In this document: piece by piece, positions 15,508 to 20,000 of the stretch
How positions within the stretch are numbered: position 1 is the first letter of the stretch
Layout: every line of letters begins with the position of its first letter
Virus record (IMG/VR): IMGVR_UViG_3300021400_001748
DNA from: an uncultured virus (IMG/VR IMGVR_UViG_3300021400_001748)
Taxonomy: Duplodnaviria > Heunggongvirae > Uroviricota > Caudoviricetes
Length of the DNA: 20,000 nucleotides
Strand: one strand, 5' to 3'
The notes under the pieces: model-generated
Told to the model about the DNA's origin: nothing
Seen by the model: the letters and a program-made list of their open reading frames with translations, nothing else
Database searches by the model: none
Program-made: the position numbers and the translations under genes

Positions 15508-18042
15508 ATGGCAGATATTCAAACTTATTTGCAGCAGATTCTTGATGCTGTATATGGTGAAGAAGTTCGTGGAAGTATTCACGACGCTATATCTCAAATG
15601 AATTCAGATCTAGAAGATGCTATTCGTGATGATTTAAATCCGCTTGCTTTTAAAGGAGATCTTGGAATCAGCGAAGGAAGCAATTACAATTTAAACAATT
15701 TAATTTCAGTGGATCAACGAGGAATTTGGAGGCTTTTGTCTTCTAAAGCGTATGCAGCAGTGCCATCAGATTATGATGGAACTAAAACCGGATATCTATT
15801 AGTTTATACATTCGGCGCTGATAACGTAGCTAGTAACATCAAACAGGAACTTCATTATTTTTCTGATAGCGGTGCAAACGCAAACGTTTATTGGTCTAGG
15901 GTATACTCTACTAATAATGGATGGCAGCCATGGCATAAAAGCGTTGATAATTCATTATCTCTTGAAGGTGCGGCTGCTGATGCTAAAGCTGTTAATACCG
16001 CTATAAATAATTTATTAAATGAGGTGAATACTGCCGAAGATGGTATACTTGGCGGGGATAGACAGTACTTAGATTGGAACGAAAGAGAAGCACACTCAAA
16101 CTATTGGTATGATCAAACTACAAATTCCATTAAGAAAAGTGCCACAACAGATGACTCATTTGGCACTTTTTATCCATTAGTTTTAAATGCTGGTACATAT
16201 TATCTTCATATGATAGCACCAGCATTGTCATATGTGAACACTACAAAAATATCTGAGCACAGCGGATATACCGAAATAAACTCTTATAACGGAACGCTCA
16301 CTCTTTCTGAAAAGTCAACATTATACTTAACAACTTATCATCCTCAGTCAGTAAGATGGAGCTATTCGATGCTGTCTACGTCTTACTTAACCAGCGGCAC
16401 AACATCTTCTAATAACTCATATAGATTCGGATATTACAATGAGTATTTATCTGCAGACAATGCATCTGACAAGTTATATGCAGCTAGAGTGCATAGCGAT
16501 TATGCATATTTTTCATCTCTTAGTCAAAATGCAAAGATTCAGTTTTGCAATTCTAATAAGCGAACAGCTAGCAGCTATTGGAACTACTATGATTCTATTA
16601 TGCACATTGGAACTGCAAATAATTACTGGCGATTTGATCCAATATATCTTCCGAAAGGATCCTATTATGGATACTATATTAGTAACGTATTTTCTGGAAT
16701 AGAAACATATGATAAACAATATACTAAACTTGTAGATTATCCAGGCTTTACAAGTAACGGAAGTAAAAGTACATTAGTACTAAATAATGATGCATTATTG
16801 TATATTACCGGCTTGTCAGAGCAAACCATGATATTTAATTACAATGAAGATGATAACACGTATAAGGACTTCGGTGTTTATGATGGGGACGGTATACATC
16901 ATAGTATATATGTCGGACCAACAAGACAATATACCACTATTATTTCTGCCATTCAGAGTATTCCTAGTGGTACGTGGCTTGGAAATCAGTATGACATATT
17001 TATTGATGACGGTACATATAATGAATACGAAGTTCGACCTGGTGACGGGGTAAATCTTATCGGACTAAGTGGAAACCGTGATTCTGTGAAAATAGTCGGA
17101 AAACTTCCGGCATCATCTGATAATCAGACAATTGAGGGTACGTGTACTGTAGTATTAACAAAGAGCAATGTGCTAAAAAACATTACAGTTACAGCTCAGA
17201 ATATGCGTTATCCTATACACTCTGAATCAGGAGGTATATATAAAAGATGGCGTCAGATATTGGAAAACGTTGCTGTTATACATAAAGGCACAGAAGAAGT
17301 ATCTGATTACAGATCTGAGCATGGGGATAGCTCAGTTGTTTGGACATCAACACATGCCTGGGGTGAAGGAGCTTCTGCAGAATCATATGCGGAATTCAAT
17401 AACTGCTACTTTGAAGGTGGGAATGCTCCATTTTATGTTCACGATTCTACAGCGACAGATAGTAACAAACCGTATTTGCACATTCTTAATAACTGTAAGA
17501 TAGTTAACAATAATCCTGATATGAGTGGCTATTGGAATACTGCTGTCATTATCGATAATAGTACAAATAGGAGCTGCAATAACAATACAGTAGAGATAAA
17601 CAATTGCAATTTTGGTAATGGCTGCGTCAGAATTACGAATACATATCCAATTATTGTAACGATTCATGGATGTAATAATGCTCCGGTTAGAGTTGACCAT
17701 ATAGAAAACGGGTATCCTGAAAGTGATTATGTAACATTAAAAAAGTATATTGGGAGCGCACAGTTACAATCAGGTGACATATTAAAATATGACAAGCATG
17801 TAAATTACGTATCTTTAGCCACAAGTTCTACGCCTATAGAATTAATAGCAGGAATGTATGTCGGAAGTTCAGCTAATACTGGAGATATCGTACAAGTTAT
17901 TTCCGGAACTTATGAAAACATTATACGAGGAGCATCTATCGGCACATTATATTATGCTGATAATAATGGAAAATTAGTTACACAAGGCACTATACCTATA
18001 GCTGTATCAATTGGTGAATTTGCTAAACTGTTAAGTAATTAA
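15508..18042 (+). CDS. Tail spike / receptor-binding protein with pectin-lyase-like beta-helix, 844 aa
   Basis: AAAGGAG RBS. N-terminal anchor I..AVYGEEVRGSIHDAI, a knob-like domain ending WSR.....GWQPW, and a GAAADAKAV linker. Then VGP.RQYTTI.SAI....IFIDDGTYNE...V.LIG followed by N/C-rich beta-helix-type rungs (FNNCYF, LNNCKI, INNCNF). Confidence 0.75.
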   Translation: MADIQTYLQQILDAVYGEEVRGSIHDAISQMNSDLEDAIRDDLNPLAFKGDLGISEGSNYNLNNLISVDQRGIWRLLSSKAYAAVPSDYDGTKTGYLLVYTFGADNVASNIKQELHYFSDSGANANVYWSRVYSTNNGWQPWHKSVDNSLSLEGAAADAKAVNTAINNLLNEVNTAEDGILGGDRQYLDWNEREAHSNYWYDQTTNSIKKSATTDDSFGTFYPLVLNAGTYYLHMIAPALSYVNTTKISEHSGYTEINSYNGTLTLSEKSTLYLTTYHPQSVRWSYSMLSTSYLTSGTTSSNNSYRFGYYNEYLSADNASDKLYAARVHSDYAYFSSLSQNAKIQFCNSNKRTASSYWNYYDSIMHIGTANNYWRFDPIYLPKGSYYGYYISNVFSGIETYDKQYTKLVDYPGFTSNGSKSTLVLNNDALLYITGLSEQTMIFNYNEDDNTYKDFGVYDGDGIHHSIYVGPTRQYTTIISAIQSIPSGTWLGNQYDIFIDDGTYNEYEVRPGDGVNLIGLSGNRDSVKIVGKLPASSDNQTIEGTCTVVLTKSNVLKNITVTAQNMRYPIHSESGGIYKRWRQILENVAVIHKGTEEVSDYRSEHGDSSVVWTSTHAWGEGASAESYAEFNNCYFEGGNAPFYVHDSTATDSNKPYLHILNNCKIVNNNPDMSGYWNTAVIIDNSTNRSCNNNTVEINNCNFGNGCVRITNTYPIIVTIHGCNNAPVRVDHIENGYPESDYVTLKKYIGSAQLQSGDILKYDKHVNYVSLATSSTPIELIAGMYVGSSANTGDIVQVISGTYENIIRGASIGTLYYADNNGKLVTQGTIPIAVSIGEFAKLLSN

Positions 18043-18061
18043 AAGCACTTAATAGCAGCAG

Positions 18062-18246
18062 ATTAGTACCCTACTTATACCACAAATGATATTTTGTAGC
18101 GTAAATAGGCATGCTGCTCTTTTCTTTCCCTAAATATGAAGACCCCTCCCCCTAGGTTCATGTGAGATAACAAGCCTACTGGGAGGGGTTATTCGTTGCC
18201 CTAAAATGACATAAAAAGTACTTCATTAGTACCCCACTAGTACCCC
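18062..18246. repeat. TAGTACCC direct repeats (candidate integrase arm-type sites, attP region)
   Basis: TAGTACCC at 18064-18071, 18227-18234 and 18238-18245; ATTAGTACCC is shared by 18062 and 18225. Located in non-coding DNA downstream of the integrase. Confidence 0.55.
18141..18190. terminator. GC-rich hairpin between the spike and integrase regions
   Basis: GACCCCTCCC (18141-18150)/GGGAGGGGTT (18181-18190) plus inner TAGGTT/AGCCTA. On the - strand it is followed by TTCATATTT. Confidence 0.55.
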
Positions 18247-18301
18247 TATACCATATAACCTTATTTTCCCTAGAAAAGAATTTTGTGAATAGGACTAAAT
18301 T

Positions 18302-18490
18302 ATGAGTAAGTATAGAAAGAAGCCAGTTATTATTGAAGCATATTAAACTGATAAGGAACTTGACATTGAGACATTGGAGGGAAAAATGCATGCAAGCATC
18401 GGTGATTTTATTATCACTGGTGTTAATGGCGAGAAGTATCCATGCAAGCCGGATATTTTTGAGCAGACTTATGAAAAAGTCACCCCTTAA
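18302..18490 (+). pseudogene. KKPV..EA / TLEG / [18 protein letters not shown] small phage protein (PGDYG-like) with one in-frame TAA
   Basis: Reads [61 protein letters not shown]. Internal TAA at 18344-18346; AGGA SD at 18291-18294. Missed by the ORF track. Confidence 0.8.
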
Positions 18491-19691
18491 TCTTTGCCAA
18501 TTCCTTGTGAAGCCAAATGATATTTCTGGCGGTATAGACACGTTCAGTAATGTCCATGATTCTGTGACCAACAATTAATTTGATTGCATACTCATCTACT
18601 CCAGCTTCTTTAGCCATAGTGATGAAATGCTTTCTCCCATCGTGAGGCCTATGATCCGGATTGAGTTTAAGCTCACTTACCAGTTCCTTATATTTTACTT
18701 TCAAGATCTCATAACTTATAGGATACTTCGGTTTAAAGAACAGCTTACTCATTCCGGATTTAATAGCCTCAGTATACCATCTCTGCAGTATTGGTCTGAT
18801 CTTTTCGTGAATTGGCACCTCTCTATTCTTTCCTGCCTCAGTCTTGGATCCGCAGATAATAGACCAGTCTTTCATATTTACTTTCGATACGTCAATATTA
18901 CAAAGCTCATTAGGACGAAGACCTGAGTAGCACTGAAACACTATCATGTCAGTTACCCATGATTCACCTACCTTACTCCAGAGCTTCTTCATCTCTTCAT
19001 CTGTATATTTGATATGAGGCTTAACGGCATCATCATTACCGAACCCAGTCCTGATATCACGAGCGTAATTCCGATCTACGTATCCATACTCAACGGCGTA
19101 GTCCATCATCATTGAGATCGTATACTTTATATTTTTCTTTGTGTTATCTGAAGGGTATAGTGTCTTGTCATTCACCGTCTTATGAGCATCGTCAAGTAGT
19201 CTTCTAAGATCTGGTGTTTTAATTGACTGCACGAGCCTAAAGCCAATAACCTCTTCACAGTACTTCCAGGCTGCTTTAATGGCATCATACCTAGAATTAC
19301 TAACCTCCTGCCTATGAATCTCTACCCATCTCTCATATAGCTCATTCATAGTCATGTCATTGTCAAAGTCATACGGATTAGCATGATATTCTACGAGAGC
19401 TTTATAGGCTTCGTTATAGGTCTTAAAGTATGCTTCAGGCTTAAGTAGTTTCCCGATCGGATGCCCAAACTCATCTTTTCCAACAGACACCATGACTCTG
19501 AAAGGTTTACGGCGCTTCTTATCTGTGAGTTCAGTAATCCTGCCGAAACCATTAGGAAGTCTCATATGAGTAGTACGCTTCTTTTTAGGCGAGTCTTTTG
19601 GCTTGGCGAGCGATAGTGGCATACCACAGTTAGGACAAGAGATGGCTTTATCTGATACGTCATGACCACACTCTGGACATTTGATGAGCAT
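18480..19691 (-). CDS. int: Tyrosine integrase with N-terminal zinc ribbon, 403 aa
   Basis: Catalytic set SGLR, SKT.AG, HDGR, VGH and VYT; arm-binding-like RLPNGFG.I; N-terminal CPECG...CPNCG. AAGGAG RBS on the - strand at 19701-19706. Confidence 0.93.
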   Translation of the reverse strand: MLIKCPECGHDVSDKAISCPNCGMPLSLAKPKDSPKKKRTTHMRLPNGFGRITELTDKKRRKPFRVMVSVGKDEFGHPIGKLLKPEAYFKTYNEAYKALVEYHANPYDFDNDMTMNELYERWVEIHRQEVSNSRYDAIKAAWKYCEEVIGFRLVQSIKTPDLRRLLDDAHKTVNDKTLYPSDNTKKNIKYTISMMMDYAVEYGYVDRNYARDIRTGFGNDDAVKPHIKYTDEEMKKLWSKVGESWVTDMIVFQCYSGLRPNELCNIDVSKVNMKDWSIICGSKTEAGKNREVPIHEKIRPILQRWYTEAIKSGMSKLFFKPKYPISYEILKVKYKELVSELKLNPDHRPHDGRKHFITMAKEAGVDEYAIKLIVGHRIMDITERVYTARNIIWLHKELAKIKG

Positions 19692-19730
19692 TATTTACAT
19701 CTCCTTATTTTTTTCGGTGATGGGTGAAAA

Positions 19731-19754
19731 CGCAACTTTTACATGTTCTATAAT
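19731..19754 (+). promoter_or_regulatory. Promoter-like motif copy 2, divergent from the integrase
   Basis: CGCAACTTTTACATGTTCTATAAT matches 15449-15472 at 19/24 positions; TATAAT at 19749-19754. Confidence 0.6.
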
Positions 19755-19759
19755 AGAAG

Positions 19760-19905
19760 GAAATGAAGGCTTTTTCCAGCCTAAACTATTACTAGCATGG
19801 CTACGAAAGTACTAAAGAAACTTGACCCTCGATCTTAGAAATGAGATCTAAGAAATAAATCAGGGATTGTTTAAACTGCAGGTGAGCTAATCCTGCCATT
19901 TCTTT
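19760..19905 (+). ncRNA. Candidate structured small RNA (unknown family)
   Basis: Lies between a TATAAT and a GCAGG/CCTGC hairpin (19878-19896) followed by a T run. Contains a GATCTTA-GAAA-TGAGATC hairpin and an AGCC-TAAA-CTA-TTAC-TAG-CAT-GGCT receptor-like stem. No substantial ORF. Confidence 0.45.
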
Positions 19906-20000
19906 TTTTTTTTTTTTTTTTAAAATTTTAAACCCCATTTTTAAGAAGAAAAAAACTTTTTTTTGGGGGGTATTTTTTTTTAAAATTTAATTATTTTTTT
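19903..20000. other. Low-complexity homopolymer tail, probable sequencing/assembly artefact at the contig end
   Basis: A ~19-nt T run followed only by T/A/G/C homopolymer blocks. Confidence 0.8.

Noticed and set aside
15508..18042. Diversity-generating retroelement target in the spike or Tal C-terminus
   Set aside because: No reverse transcriptase and no TR/VR pair differing at adenines is visible in the window.
18344..18346. Stop-codon reassignment (alternative genetic code) suggested by the in-frame TAA and by no main gene ending in TAG
   Set aside because: TAA ends most genes here and all long genes are intact under code 11 with no in-frame TAG. A single nonsense change or base error is simpler.
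18176..18578. ORF-track entries 18176..18574 (-) and 18333..18578 (+)
   Set aside because: They overlap the integrase end, the hairpin and the better-supported interrupted gene at 18302-18490, and have no recognisable motifs.
19763..19795. Short ORF MKAFSSLNYY after the promoter-like motif
   Set aside because: Only 10 codons, with the SD-like GAAGG too close to the ATG. RNA structure explains the region better, though a leader peptide is not excluded.
19778..19802. c-di-GMP-I riboswitch (GCCTAAAC resemblance)
   Set aside because: The upstream GGCAAAC...GAAA...GACGCAAAGC elements are absent; only the generic tetraloop-receptor-like part matches.
19903..20000. Poly-T/poly-G tail as a biological feature (phase-variable tract or genome terminus)
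   Set aside because: Pure homopolymer blocks after a long T run are typical of read-quality collapse at a contig end.

Overview
Late-gene and lysogeny end of a temperate siphovirus genome, probably infecting a Bacillota/Clostridia-like host (GH25/CHAP/CW_7 endolysin, Dp-1-type holin, strong AGGAGG sites). On the + strand, in order: the end of an HK97 gp10-like gene, tape measure, distal tail (Dit), a Tal/prophage-tail protein, the endolysin, a small fibre-like ORF, then an ~3.8 kb uncharacterised 8-gene cassette, two holin-like genes and a tail-spike/receptor-binding protein with a pectin-lyase-like region. The cassette sits between the endolysin and the holins and encodes a Cys-His-Asp peptidase-like protein, Gln/Met-rich proteins, a 21-aa membrane peptide, a Cys/Gly-rich coiled-coil protein, a beta-sandwich protein and a ferritin-like protein. 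After the spike come an attP-like intergenic region, a KKPV/PGDYG-like gene broken by one stop codon, and a tyrosine integrase on the - strand. Upstream of the integrase is a divergent ~140-nt candidate structured RNA with a GAAA tetraloop and a receptor-like motif. The last ~100 nt are low-complexity, probably an assembly artefact. All family assignments come from motif recognition by eye; no searches were run.
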